From: a virus
IMG/VR virus record: IMGVR_UViG_3300025585_000039
Location: 1 to 64,000 of that record
Direction: 5' to 3' (one strand)
DNA: 64,000 nucleotides
This document shows positions 44,452 through 54,415 of this stretch, one piece after another. The notes under the pieces were generated by a model that saw only the letters and a list, made by a program, of their open reading frames with translations, was not told the DNA's origin and did not search any database. Within the stretch, counting starts at the first letter, position 1; every line of letters starts with the position of its first letter. Made by a program: the position numbers and the translations under genes.

Positions 44452-45461
44452 TATGAGATCTTTCCTTTAATCTGTTCCTGAAGATCTAAATCTTCTTTGA
44501 CACGATTAATAAATCCTTCTCTACCCTGAACTTTTGTTCCATCATCAAACTGGTACCATGCTCCAGTTCTATTGATTATGCCAAGTGATTCAGCAGTATC
44601 ACAAAGATCGCCGATAGTGTCAATCCCAATAGAATCACCTCTAAAATAGAAATCATATTCACCAGACTGAAAAGCAGGAGAAGTTTTCGAAAACTGTAAT
44701 TCCCATCTAACTTTGCGACCAATCTTTTCTTCAATAAGTTTGTCACCAACATGTATTTTTCCCTTCAATGCTTGGTTTTCTGATTCTGACGAAAATAATT
44801 TAATAACCGTAGAAGAATAAAACTTAGTAGCCTGACCACCAGTAGGCTGCTGGCTAGTATACATAGCATTAATATTATTGCGAGACTGGCTAATAAGGAC
44901 AAGCAAAGTAGGCTTAACTTTATTGTTAGCATAGTTAAGCATTTTCCATGCATTGCTAAAGTCTCTAGATTCCGCTCCAATTTGCTTGGTATTCTCCAGT
45001 TGCTTGAGTTCATCAGAATCCTTTTCAAAATAGATTGCTGGAAGTAGAGATGTAATTGAGTCAACGACAATCATATCAACCCCAGCCTCCATCAATTGTA
45101 CACCCACATCTACCATCTCATTAATTGTTCTTGCTTGAGAATAAATCAGTTTAGTAGTATCTACGCCTAATCTTTCAGCCCAAGTCTTATCATAAGACAT
45201 CTCTGCATCGATCCATGCACAAATCTTATCCTCCTGTTGGGCCTGTGCAATCATTTGTAGACAGAGTGAGGACTTGGCAGATGATTTAGATCCCCAGATA
45301 AGTACCTGCCTTCCATACGGTAAGCCACCACCCAAAGCACGATTTAGTCCAAAACTTGGTGTGGCAGCAAACTCTGTCTTAGGCACAGCATCGCCTACAA
45401 GAATATTTTTACGTAACTTAGGATTTAAGTTTGCTAGTACTTCTTCTACTGTTACTGACAT
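44451..45461 (-). CDS. recA: RecA-like recombinase
   Basis: GGGLPYGR, GSKSSAKS Walker A variant, IDAE, IVVDS, GG.A.KFYSS, GAWY. Confidence 0.93.
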   Translation of the reverse strand: MSVTVEEVLANLNPKLRKNILVGDAVPKTEFAATPSFGLNRALGGGLPYGRQVLIWGSKSSAKSSLCLQMIAQAQQEDKICAWIDAEMSYDKTWAERLGVDTTKLIYSQARTINEMVDVGVQLMEAGVDMIVVDSITSLLPAIYFEKDSDELKQLENTKQIGAESRDFSNAWKMLNYANNKVKPTLLVLISQSRNNINAMYTSQQPTGGQATKFYSSTVIKLFSSESENQALKGKIHVGDKLIEEKIGRKVRWELQFSKTSPAFQSGEYDFYFRGDSIGIDTIGDLCDTAESLGIINRTGAWYQFDDGTKVQGREGFINRVKEDLDLQEQIKGKIS

Positions 45462-45778
45462 TAGAATCTTACCCCATGCTTCTGTGGACGATCTTTATTA
45501 ATGTTAGCCTTTTCCTGTAAAGCATAGTCAAGGGAGACTGTGGTATACCCTGCCTGTACAAGACCAGCATATAGATCTAGTGTACGAATAAAGATATCTG
45601 CAGTTTCCATTGCAATCTCTTCTTCTCCCTTGTCCTTACGAATTGCTTCCATAAGTTCTGTGACCTCTGATACAATCATCATACATTGTTTTGCAATAAA
45701 AATATCATCAGTTTCATTAGGCCAAAAACCTTTTGCTACTGCCGTTTCGTGTAATTGTTCTGCTAAATCATCAAGCAT
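45461..45778 (-). CDS. MazG-like NTP pyrophosphohydrolase
   Basis: SEV.E..EA.RK...E.AD..IR..D...K...N..R..KHG. Confidence 0.8.
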   Translation of the reverse strand: MLDDLAEQLHETAVAKGFWPNETDDIFIAKQCMMIVSEVTELMEAIRKDKGEEEIAMETADIFIRTLDLYAGLVQAGYTTVSLDYALQEKANINKDRPQKHGVRF

Positions 45779-48700
45779 TTATATCCTCCAATATAACCGT
45801 TCCATCTTTTGTCTTGCCAAAATCAAACTTATAAACATTTCCTTCTTGTATTTTCATATATGCTTTAGCAAATGCGGTAGGAAATACAGTAACAGAATGT
45901 AAGTCTCTAGATGCATCCGCAACTGTGAGGGATGCCATCTTCTTGCCAGTTTTTGTAACACGTGGTTTAAATGATACCACGAACATCTCTTCATCTTTAT
46001 ATGGCAACATTCTATAATTTAAAAACTTAATTAATGCATTGTCAGATGTTTTAATTTCTTCAATTGGTACTGCAGAAACAACCCTGTTGTCATTAGCAAG
46101 TAAGATATACGTCTTGCCTGCTTCAATAGTTGTCTGCTCATCATCAAAAATACCAGTGCTACCAGTTTTATCTAGCAGTTCAACTCTTGACCATCCCTTT
46201 GCTCTCTTAATTCCTTTTATCATGCCCATCATAATAAAAGATCCCTTTTCTTCATAATCTTCTACAGGTGTAATAAATGCATGATAGTGAGATGGAACTG
46301 TCAAATTAAATTCTGGTAAGTTTAAATATTCGTAGAGGTTTTCTTTAATCTCTTCGTCATTTCTTGGGTTGTCACTAAATGTTGCTGCACCGACAACACG
46401 TAATGCTTGAAGAGCACGGCTGTTAACTCCGTTTCCCTTAGTAAAAGTAAACTCCTCAAGTTCAGAATACGAATTGAAAGGCCTAGCAGAGATATACCTC
46501 TCAGCAATTTTATCTGATATGTACTTAATACCAGAAAGACCAAATCGTATACCCTTACCCTCAATTTTAAAATCAATATCTGAATCATTAATATGAGGTA
46601 GTTTAATGCTGATCCCCATTCTCTTTGCTTCAATAAGATATTCAGTCCTCGCATCTTTATCCTTTTCGTTCTTTAGTATTGAGTACATAAACTCAAGTGG
46701 ATAGTAATATTTCAACCATGCTGTCCAATAGGAGAGGGTTGAGTAGGCCACTGCATGTGACTTGTTAAAAGAATATCCTGCGTGGGCTTCGAAATCATGC
46801 CATAGGTCAAGAGCGTTATTAGGACTAATATACTTACTAGCACCAGTAACGAAACGATCTTGGAAGGCGTTAAATTCTTTTGCATCTTTCTTCTTTCCAA
46901 TAATCTTTCTAACTTTATCTGCTTCTGACATTGACATACCACCAAGTTCAACGCATGCCTGCATAACCTGTTCTTGATATAAAATACAACCATAGGTATC
47001 TTCTGTAAACTCTTTTAATACCTGATGTTTATAGTCAATGTTTTGACGACCATGCTTGCGTTCAATATAATCTTTTCCAATTGTATTCATTGCACCTGGA
47101 CGTACCAGAGCATTTGATGCAGCAAGTTCTGCCAAATTCTTTACACCCATTTTAATGAGTAGGTTGGTGTATGGTGTTGCTTCACACTGGAATACGCCTT
47201 TGGTATATCCATCTGAAAGCATTTGATAAACATTTTTATCATCCATATCAATAGAAAGAAGGTCTATCTTTTTACCTTCTCTTTCTTCAATAATATTTAA
47301 TGTATCTTTTAATACACTTAAGGTTTTAAGTCCAAGTGCATCGATTTTGATGAGACCAATCTTTTCAGCCTCTTCCATATCCACAGCAACGACAGGAATA
47401 CGGTCATCGCTACCAGGAGAATTACGTGTCTCCATTGGTGCGTATTTAAAAATAGGATCTTTGCTAGTGACAACGCCAGCAGCGTGAATGCCAGTACCTC
47501 TAATACGACCACGTAATTGTTCACCATATACCTCCACCTCTGGATATTTATCTCTAAACCATTCCGTTGTTTTTGAACTACAGAAATCATCCCAACTATC
47601 TACTAACTTTAAAACTTTGTTTACATCTGGTAGTGGAATATTCAATACACGTGCAACATCTCGAACAACACCCTTATCTTTAAAAGAAAGAAATGTTGCA
47701 ATAGAAGCAACGTGTCGATACTGTCTAACTAAATAATCTTTAACTTCTTCACGACGAGAATCCTGAATATCTGTATCGATATCTGGAAAGTCATTACGCT
47801 CTGGGTTAATAAAACGGAAGAACAAAAGTCCATGCTCAATAGGATCTATGTCCGTAATACCAAGTGTGTAGCAGAGCAACGAACCAGCAGCAGATCCACG
47901 ACCTGGACCTACCATGATTCCTTCTTTCTTTGCCCAGTTAATCATGTTTCTTACAACAAGAAAGTATGGAGCAAATTTTTTATCACGAATAACTGATAAC
48001 TCTTCTTCTAGTCTTTGTTCGTATATATCGTTACCAAGCCAGTTTGAGTTTAATCTTTTTTCTTCAAGCCCAGCAAAAGCAAGTTCTGCAAGTTCTCTGT
48101 CTGGATTCTTATACTGAACTGGTAAAAGATTTAAGCCTTCTTGTATATCGTAATCCTCTACCTTATTAGCAATCTCTAATGTGTTAGCATAAATATCTGG
48201 TCTATCGATACCCTGCTTTTCCATTGCAGCCTTTATTTCTTCGTATGATAGTAAATGAATATCAAACTTATTAAAAGTTATGTCTCTGTCAGCACCATAC
48301 AAATAATCCAAACGCTTCATCATGTTGGTATGCTTTTTGGACTTTTCAAAAGTGTGTTCTTTGTCAATCTTGACATGTGTATTTAAGAGTAATTTAAACT
48401 CTTGAATTTCTTTTTGATCTGTTGTGCTGTGGTGGCAGTCTGGAGTAACAACAACCTTAATCTTATACTCATCTGCCAGAGCAATCAGTTGCTTGTTGAT
48501 TTCTGACTCATTGTGTGGCATGACCTCAATATAATAGTCATCCTTAAATACTTTTTTAAACCATTCAATATATTTTTTGGTTATAGCAAATTCACTATTT
48601 TCCAAAGCCTTAACCAAAACACTGCTTGGGCAAGCAGATGTAACAATAATGCCCTCTGAATATTTTTCTAAAATTTCAAAATCAAATCGTGGCTTTTTGA

Positions 48701-49055
48701 AATATCCTTCTGTCCACGCAATCTCATTAATCTTGTTTAGGTTTTCCAAACCAATTTTATTTTTGGCGAGAAGGACTATATGGTTATAGACTAGATCTAG
48801 ATCTCCATCTCTTTCAGACTTATCTCTAGTGTCAAATCTATCAGAACACATATAGCCTTCTACGCCGAGAATAGGCTTAATACCCTTTGCTTTTGCAATA
48901 CGGTGCAGTTCCCTATGCCCAGATAAAGTACCGTGGTCAGTGATTGCCAATGCTGGCATCCCTAACTCAACTGCACGGTTCACGTATTCTTCTGGAGTAG
49001 CAATCCCGTCAAATAACGAGTAATGGGTGTGTACGTGTAAGCCTACGTAAGACAT
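45771..49055 (-). CDS. dnaE: DNA polymerase III alpha subunit
   Basis: PHP HVHTHYS/TDHG, GPGRGSAAGS, PDIDTD, HAAG, KIDALGL, YSFNKSH. Confidence 0.97.
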   Translation of the reverse strand: MSYVGLHVHTHYSLFDGIATPEEYVNRAVELGMPALAITDHGTLSGHRELHRIAKAKGIKPILGVEGYMCSDRFDTRDKSERDGDLDLVYNHIVLLAKNKIGLENLNKINEIAWTEGYFKKPRFDFEILEKYSEGIIVTSACPSSVLVKALENSEFAITKKYIEWFKKVFKDDYYIEVMPHNESEINKQLIALADEYKIKVVVTPDCHHSTTDQKEIQEFKLLLNTHVKIDKEHTFEKSKKHTNMMKRLDYLYGADRDITFNKFDIHLLSYEEIKAAMEKQGIDRPDIYANTLEIANKVEDYDIQEGLNLLPVQYKNPDRELAELAFAGLEEKRLNSNWLGNDIYEQRLEEELSVIRDKKFAPYFLVVRNMINWAKKEGIMVGPGRGSAAGSLLCYTLGITDIDPIEHGLLFFRFINPERNDFPDIDTDIQDSRREEVKDYLVRQYRHVASIATFLSFKDKGVVRDVARVLNIPLPDVNKVLKLVDSWDDFCSSKTTEWFRDKYPEVEVYGEQLRGRIRGTGIHAAGVVTSKDPIFKYAPMETRNSPGSDDRIPVVAVDMEEAEKIGLIKIDALGLKTLSVLKDTLNIIEEREGKKIDLLSIDMDDKNVYQMLSDGYTKGVFQCEATPYTNLLIKMGVKNLAELAASNALVRPGAMNTIGKDYIERKHGRQNIDYKHQVLKEFTEDTYGCILYQEQVMQACVELGGMSMSEADKVRKIIGKKKDAKEFNAFQDRFVTGASKYISPNNALDLWHDFEAHAGYSFNKSHAVAYSTLSYWTAWLKYYYPLEFMYSILKNEKDKDARTEYLIEAKRMGISIKLPHINDSDIDFKIEGKGIRFGLSGIKYISDKIAERYISARPFNSYSELEEFTFTKGNGVNSRALQALRVVGAATFSDNPRNDEEIKENLYEYLNLPEFNLTVPSHYHAFITPVEDYEEKGSFIMMGMIKGIKRAKGWSRVELLDKTGSTGIFDDEQTTIEAGKTYILLANDNRVVSAVPIEEIKTSDNALIKFLNYRMLPYKDEEMFVVSFKPRVTKTGKKMASLTVADASRDLHSVTVFPTAFAKAYMKIQEGNVYKFDFGKTKDGTVILEDINA

Positions 49056-49058
49056 CTA

Positions 49059-49712
49059 TTACCAGTCGATATTTGTACTAGTAACAGAAGGTGTGTCAAA
49101 TCCAAAATAGAATGATTCTTGTTCTGGATATGGAACCTCACGAACAACCTTTTCTAGGTTGAAGAATTCAAGACCATCCCACTTAAATGGTTCTGAATCT
49201 GGCTTGGTAGGAAGAAGTGTGTAATTGGTTTCAGTACCCTGACCATTACGCTTTAACTTCCATTCAAGGTTTGATACGCTACCTGTGTCAAGTGCATATT
49301 CACGAATATTATTAAATGCTGATTGCTTGCTAATACCTTGAGACCATACAGCAATATATGGATCTTCAAGACCATCATTAATCAAAACATTGCAGTAGAA
49401 ACGAAGACGTGCTCTCCAGCCAGACTTCGGTTCCTTCTTGGCCATTTCACAACCGAAACAACGACCTTCTGTTTCCATTGTGCATGCAGCCTTACGCTTA
49501 TAATCTTTTGGATTAGTGTGTTCTGCAACTACTACAGATAAACCACGGCTCTCTGCATAGTTTGCTGAGTCCGAATCTAGTTCTTCTACGAATCGGATTT
49601 TTGCTGATTGTCCATCAGCCAACTTTACCCAACGAACCTTTTGTCCAGTACCTTCATACTTTGGCTTGTCGAGCAAGGCATTGATATCTTTGAGTCCTTT
49701 AATTACGCTCAT
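49059..49712 (-). CDS. single-stranded DNA-binding protein (gp32-like)
   Basis: KL.DG....IRF, C..C..C, KR.G....T.Y; acidic C-terminus; between primase and polymerase. Confidence 0.7.
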   Translation of the reverse strand: MSVIKGLKDINALLDKPKYEGTGQKVRWVKLADGQSAKIRFVEELDSDSANYAESRGLSVVVAEHTNPKDYKRKAACTMETEGRCFGCEMAKKEPKSGWRARLRFYCNVLINDGLEDPYIAVWSQGISKQSAFNNIREYALDTGSVSNLEWKLKRNGQGTETNYTLLPTKPDSEPFKWDGLEFFNLEKVVREVPYPEQESFYFGFDTPSVTSTNIDW

Positions 49713-49733
49713 TTTTTCTCCTTGTTTGTTATC

Positions 49734-50678
49734 TTAGTTTAGCATAGACAGTATTGACTTGTCAAACTGATATTCTAATTGTTTAATTGACGTGTCGTCC
49801 ATATCGCCTATATCTTTATATTGTTTATCTAACTGAATTACGCTAACACGAGAACCTAATCTTTCAATTAATCGATCTTTCATGTTACCGCCTGCCTCAT
49901 CATTATCTGCAATAACAATAATATTATTGAAGTATTTTTGAAGCAATTCTATTTGTGCATTTGAAACATTTGCACCCAAAGTAGCCACTGCTGGGAAACC
50001 AACCTGATCTAATCTAATAGCATCAAATGAGGATTCAACCACATAAACCTTGTCTGCAATTTTTACTCTATGCAAATTAAATAAAGTTTTTGATTTTGGT
50101 AATCCTGGGGTATTTTTAAATTCTTTACCTTCGATGGTTCGTGCAACAAAACCAATAATCATTCCATCTGGGCTATGTACTGGAACAGTGACCATATCTT
50201 GCTTTTCAGAAAATCCAAGCCAAAAGTTTTTCATTGACTGTTCGGTAATTAGTCTGCCTGAAAAATATCTTTTTGCTCTTGGAGATTCCATTGCCTGAGA
50301 ATTTAATCTTTTAATCAATATCTCATCAAACTGGATAAAATCTGGTTTAACATAAAGTGCTTGGTTAATATCTTTTTCTAAATTAGATTCAGATTCTTTA
50401 CCTTTGATAAAACGAATAGATTCAAAATAAGTGCGACCAGACGTGTGCATAACAAGTTCTACTAAATCTGCGACTTTCTGACAAGAAAAACAAAAAAATG
50501 TTCCATCGCTTTTATGCACTTCGCCAGCAGGAGTTCTTGTATTAGAATGAAATGGACAAAAGATAATATAATCAGAATCTACTTCTGATTCGATTGTGAT
50601 TCCCGAACCTGTGAGAACTCTTTTAATTTGTTCTTTGGTGTAGGTATTGCTTTGTGTTCGTCTAGTCCTATTATCCAT
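49734..50678 (-). CDS. dnaG: DNA primase (CHC2 zinc finger + TOPRIM)
   Basis: CPFH...CFSC; VVES.FD; DNDEAG. Confidence 0.9.
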   Translation of the reverse strand: MDNRTRRTQSNTYTKEQIKRVLTGSGITIESEVDSDYIIFCPFHSNTRTPAGEVHKSDGTFFCFSCQKVADLVELVMHTSGRTYFESIRFIKGKESESNLEKDINQALYVKPDFIQFDEILIKRLNSQAMESPRAKRYFSGRLITEQSMKNFWLGFSEKQDMVTVPVHSPDGMIIGFVARTIEGKEFKNTPGLPKSKTLFNLHRVKIADKVYVVESSFDAIRLDQVGFPAVATLGANVSNAQIELLQKYFNNIIVIADNDEAGGNMKDRLIERLGSRVSVIQLDKQYKDIGDMDDTSIKQLEYQFDKSILSMLN

Positions 50679-50923
50679 TCGCTCTGTCTTCTTCCTATGT
50701 ATACTCCGTATAATGTTAATTCAAATTCAAAAAATTTTTTCTTTTCGTTATAGTCTACCGTAAAATCTGGCACTATGTCAAGTCTTGGTACATAACCTGC
50801 CAATCGCATTTCTGTAACCAGAAGGCGGATATACTCCTCCTTCAATCTCCAGATTACAGCCTCGTCGCTGATCATTCCGTTGAGATTGAACTTCTTCAAT
50901 GGTTTGTGATGAAAAGTTGCCAT
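50579..50923 (-). CDS. hypothetical protein
   Basis: leaderless TATAAT-7-ATG; GYVPRLD. Confidence 0.75.
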   Translation of the reverse strand: MATFHHKPLKKFNLNGMISDEAVIWRLKEEYIRLLVTEMRLAGYVPRLDIVPDFTVDYNEKKKFFEFELTLYGVYIGRRQSEWIIGLDEHKAIPTPKNKLKEFSQVRESQSNQK

Positions 50924-50945
50924 GTATCATATTATATCTGCTATC

Positions 50946-52163
50946 TCAATTCTCAAAGTCTTTATATCTATAATGTCCTCTGTCAAAGTCTACTTCAACC
51001 AAGAATTCACCCATAAAACCATTTCTATTCTTTCTAAATACACATTCAATAATGTCGCTATTGGCTCCACGACCAAGTGCCATAACCCAGTCAGCATCAT
51101 ATGCGATCTGTCTAGACCAAGCAGTTTGACCCAATGTTGGAACGGTATCGAGTTTAGTAACGTCATCTGGAGTAGCAGATGAGATTGCAATAATTGGTAC
51201 TTCTTCTGCAATTGCCATTAACTTTAATTCACGAGAGAGGTTCTTCATACGTACCGTCTCATTGTCAGACTTTTGATTTGGACTCATGAGTTGTAGGTAG
51301 TCAACAATAATAAAGTCTGGTTTGTACTGATCAATCTTTCCACGCAGGACAGATGGAGTTACATCTCCACCAGAGTCATTAGAGATAATATGAAATTCGG
51401 GTTTTCCAACAAGACGATCTCCATGCCACTTCTTAAGCATGTCAATCTCAACCTGTCCAGAACTGAGTTTTCTATGTGACCAAAGACCTTCGCCCATAAT
51501 TGTAAATACACGGTTACGAACTTCTGTCTCACTCATTTCCAATGAAATGACTAATGGGGATTTGCCTTGCTTCCATGCTTGTACAGCAAAGTACAAAGAA
51601 AGCCAAGACTTACCAATACCAGGATATGCTAGGAAGACACCCAACTGTCCTGGCATGATTCCTGCTGGAAGATAATTATCAAATCCTGGTAAACCAGTTT
51701 TAATTCCAACAGAACCTAATTCTTGTTGCTTCTTTACTTGTTCATAATATGCAACTGCTGAATCTAAATCCGTAACATCGATATCACGAATTGCAGCAGT
51801 GTTCTTTTTTAATTCTGAAGTTTTCTGAATCAGTGTTTCAAGTGCTGCAGGACCTTGGCCACTCTGTACCTCTGTTGCAGTAGCCCTAAGAATATCTTTA
51901 AGACTATCTGTTAAATACTCTGCCTGCAATTCATCTAGGTGATGCTTTGTTGCTCCCACTCCAGTAGAAGGTGTAAAGTCTCTAAACTTTTCAACAACAA
52001 GGGATAGTGGTGGAACGGATCCATTGTGTTCAGAATAGTTTCGTATAAAGTTCCAAATGTCTCCATGAGTTCTTAGGATGTTGTCAACATTTGCTTGTAA
52101 GAGTACATGAACCTGTCTATCTTCAAGGACAGCGGTAATAAGTTTATTCTCAGTATTATTCAC
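50946..52163 (-). CDS. dnaB: DnaB-like replicative helicase
   Basis: AYPGIGKS, SLEM, IVDYLQL, DAD, KNRNG. Confidence 0.95.
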   Translation of the reverse strand: MNNTENKLITAVLEDRQVHVLLQANVDNILRTHGDIWNFIRNYSEHNGSVPPLSLVVEKFRDFTPSTGVGATKHHLDELQAEYLTDSLKDILRATATEVQSGQGPAALETLIQKTSELKKNTAAIRDIDVTDLDSAVAYYEQVKKQQELGSVGIKTGLPGFDNYLPAGIMPGQLGVFLAYPGIGKSWLSLYFAVQAWKQGKSPLVISLEMSETEVRNRVFTIMGEGLWSHRKLSSGQVEIDMLKKWHGDRLVGKPEFHIISNDSGGDVTPSVLRGKIDQYKPDFIIVDYLQLMSPNQKSDNETVRMKNLSRELKLMAIAEEVPIIAISSATPDDVTKLDTVPTLGQTAWSRQIAYDADWVMALGRGANSDIIECVFRKNRNGFMGEFLVEVDFDRGHYRYKDFEN

Positions 52164-52464
52164 TTAACCACTTCCTAGCCATTGCTCGTCTCTCTTCTCG
52201 TTCTCTTTTGTCTTGTTCTATTTGATTTCGTTTTTCAATTATAGCATCTGCATAATTGACGTAATACTTCCAATTTGGTTCATTTGCAATTTCAAAATAA
52301 TAGGATAACAAATCATAACATGCTGGCAATCCATATGATTCAATCAATGCATCTGCAGCCCATTGCTCTACGTTTAAATTGAGAGATGGCTTCTGCTCAT
52401 ATCGCTGAGTATATAATTTGCTATAACGACTAAGCAAAGCCATGCGGTCTTTGCGCTCAGCCAT
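52156..52464 (-). CDS. hypothetical protein (possible helicase-loader/replication factor)
   Basis: overlaps the dnaB start; function inferred from position only. Confidence 0.65.
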   Translation of the reverse strand: MAERKDRMALLSRYSKLYTQRYEQKPSLNLNVEQWAADALIESYGLPACYDLLSYYFEIANEPNWKYYVNYADAIIEKRNQIEQDKREREERRAMARKWLSE

Positions 52465-52466
52465 TA

Positions 52467-52673
52467 CTACTCTTCTAACTCAGACTTTGCTTCAGCAATT
52501 TTTTCAGTTAGTTTATCTTCTACAAACTTGTAGACTCTTTCAAAAGCATCGTTAGTATTCTCTCCATCACGCTTTGAATCTACAACCCCAAGATCCAGTC
52601 TCAAGGATTGAAAATTTCCAAGGTTGAGGGTATAACCCAATGTTACAGAAACTTTAGTATTCTCATTTTCCAT
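52467..52673 (-). CDS. conserved small actinophage-type protein
   Basis: GYTLNLGNFQSLRLD; SD AGGAG. Confidence 0.8.
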   Translation of the reverse strand: MENENTKVSVTLGYTLNLGNFQSLRLDLGVVDSKRDGENTNDAFERVYKFVEDKLTEKIAEAKSELEE

Positions 52674-52701
52674 TTATATTTTCTCCTATGTGTTTTAAAC
52701 A

Positions 52702-52730
52702 ATCATATCACAGAAGTCTGTGAAAGTCAA
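52702..52730 (-). promoter_or_regulatory. replication-operon promoter with palindromic operator in the spacer
   Basis: TTGACT-17-TATGAT; TCACAGA-AG-TCTGTGA at 52708-52723. Confidence 0.7.
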
Positions 52731-52846
52731 GCATTGTCTTTCTATGGAAGGTGCCAAATCATCCATTAAAGCCACTTTATAGGGGTTTTTAGCCCCTACC
52801 ATAAGTTGCTGGTCATTCTGCCCCCTAGAGGCTGGTTTATGACCCA

Positions 52847-53389
52847 TTAAAGCGTTTCACTCCAAACTGGTATATATCTACCATCTTCAGTCTTTACATA
52901 TGTAAGTATACCGTCCCCCATTCGCCTTGTCAACTCTTGGCGTGAGGGTGTTATATCATTTGTAATTAATTTATCTTTTCTTGGCCTGCCAATATGGTAT
53001 GTAGCCAATATATCACGAATTTCCTTTACCTGCGATTCAGAATAATATGATCTAACTTGCCAACCCCTAGCCCCACCCTTTTGAGATCCCATTGGAAATG
53101 GAATAACCCCACGCTTCATAAGTGATGGCATATACTTTTTGTGTCTATTTACAAGTTCTGCAGTTTCTCCAACTGTATAGGCACGTTCTCTATTATTTTT
53201 AAAATCACTAATAAGACAACTTTCAATTCTATCTTTTGTAATATTATAAACAGACATTATTCCATTAGAACGATTTAAATGATGAACTCGAACAAGATCA
53301 CCATTTAGAAACCAAACCTTTTTGTTTCCAGGAATTACAGAGGCGTTATTGTAACCTTCGCTCTCAATGCTTCCTTTTTTAATAGCCAT
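52847..53389 (-). CDS. MerR-like HTH DNA-binding protein
   Basis: YTVGETAELVNRH...G.IP...R.YYSE..V.EIR. Confidence 0.6.
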   Translation of the reverse strand: MAIKKGSIESEGYNNASVIPGNKKVWFLNGDLVRVHHLNRSNGIMSVYNITKDRIESCLISDFKNNRERAYTVGETAELVNRHKKYMPSLMKRGVIPFPMGSQKGGARGWQVRSYYSESQVKEIRDILATYHIGRPRKDKLITNDITPSRQELTRRMGDGILTYVKTEDGRYIPVWSETL

Positions 53390-53526
53390 TGTCCCTCATT
53401 TGAATCAGTTGGTGGGTGAAAAAATTTGCGTGATCCACATGTCAAACAAAAAGTTTCTAAGTGATCGGCTTTAGTATATTGTCTATCTAGAAACATTCTT
53501 TTGTGACACTTATCACATTTTAACAT
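53335..53526 (-). CDS. small zinc-ribbon protein
   Basis: CDKC..RMF.D...CLTCG. Confidence 0.75.
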   Translation of the reverse strand: MLKCDKCHKRMFLDRQYTKADHLETFCLTCGSRKFFHPPTDSNEGQWLLKKEALRAKVTITPL

Positions 53527-53969
53527 TAGTTCGGAATACCAATAACTATTAGATTGACCCCAACAGTTAAGTTTCCGCTAGTGTTAAAACGAACTACACC
53601 CTCTACCCTAGAAGTATTAACTGTTTTTAATACCACAGATACATTTCCACCTGCTGGTGTACCGCCAACATTTATTGGTGTTGCTGTACAAATTGGTGCA
53701 TACTTGAAGTCTGCTGGAAAGTCATATGAAAATGATTTTTCGTTTCCGCTGTTTACAGTAGTATCTGAATAAATATTTACATATCCACCGATGATTCTGG
53801 CTTCAGATGCTTTGACACTTTGCTTGCCTGCATTAACAGTATCAACGGTTACATACTTATAAGTAGATGGTGAAATTTGGCTGGCAAGATCATTGACTGC
53901 ATTAGCAATCTGATAGATGTAGGTCACATCCATTGGCTGACCTCGTTCTGGTAGTGGTATTTTTGACAT
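53526..53969 (-). CDS. probable tail/virion protein
   Basis: beta-rich, F...P....T...V...GIP; end of the tail operon. Confidence 0.6.
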   Translation of the reverse strand: MSKIPLPERGQPMDVTYIYQIANAVNDLASQISPSTYKYVTVDTVNAGKQSVKASEARIIGGYVNIYSDTTVNSGNEKSFSYDFPADFKYAPICTATPINVGGTPAGGNVSVVLKTVNTSRVEGVVRFNTSGNLTVGVNLIVIGIPN

Positions 53970-53986
53970 AGTATCTCCTTATCCAA

Positions 53987-54415
53987 TTATACCAAAGGTT
54001 CGGTACCTTCGTATATTGTTAATTTTGTATTTCTTTCTTTTGTAATTCCTTCGAATTGAATTGCTACACTTACGCTATTTGCCGTTTCTTTTAAAAATGA
54101 GAAACTATGTACGTATGATGTACCAGCATATTTATACTGACCATTATCAAATTTAACAAAAACATCATAGGCATCTTTATTTACATTGTTATCTGAATCA
54201 CTCCATACAACATTTATAGTTTTAGATCCAACCTCAATAACACCAGTAACAGTAGTTGGGGTTTTTTCAACTAGGTTATATTGTGGAGACCAATGTGACA
54301 TTCTGTTTCTATCTTCAGAAATAATCCTGTATCTTAAAATAACATTATTATCTTTACCAAGTGGTGGTAAATCAGAAGACTTTATAACAACCTTCTTTAT
54401 TCCTGCATCTGACAT
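53987..54415 (-). CDS. probable minor tail protein (FN3-like)
   Basis: RYRI.SED.NR.S.WS; context. Confidence 0.6.
   Translation of the reverse strand: MSDAGIKKVVIKSSDLPPLGKDNNVILRYRIISEDRNRMSHWSPQYNLVEKTPTTVTGVIEVGSKTINVVWSDSDNNVNKDAYDVFVKFDNGQYKYAGTSYVHSFSFLKETANSVSVAIQFEGITKERNTKLTIYEGTEPLV

Noticed and set aside
50579-50678. 100-bp overlap between primase and the upstream gene as a programmed frameshift
   Set aside because: No clear slippery site with a downstream structure; a simple overlap or a later primase start explains it.
44451-52163. inteins or introns in recA, dnaE, dnaB (and terL)
   Set aside because: Lengths and motif spacing are normal, with no splice-junction motifs.
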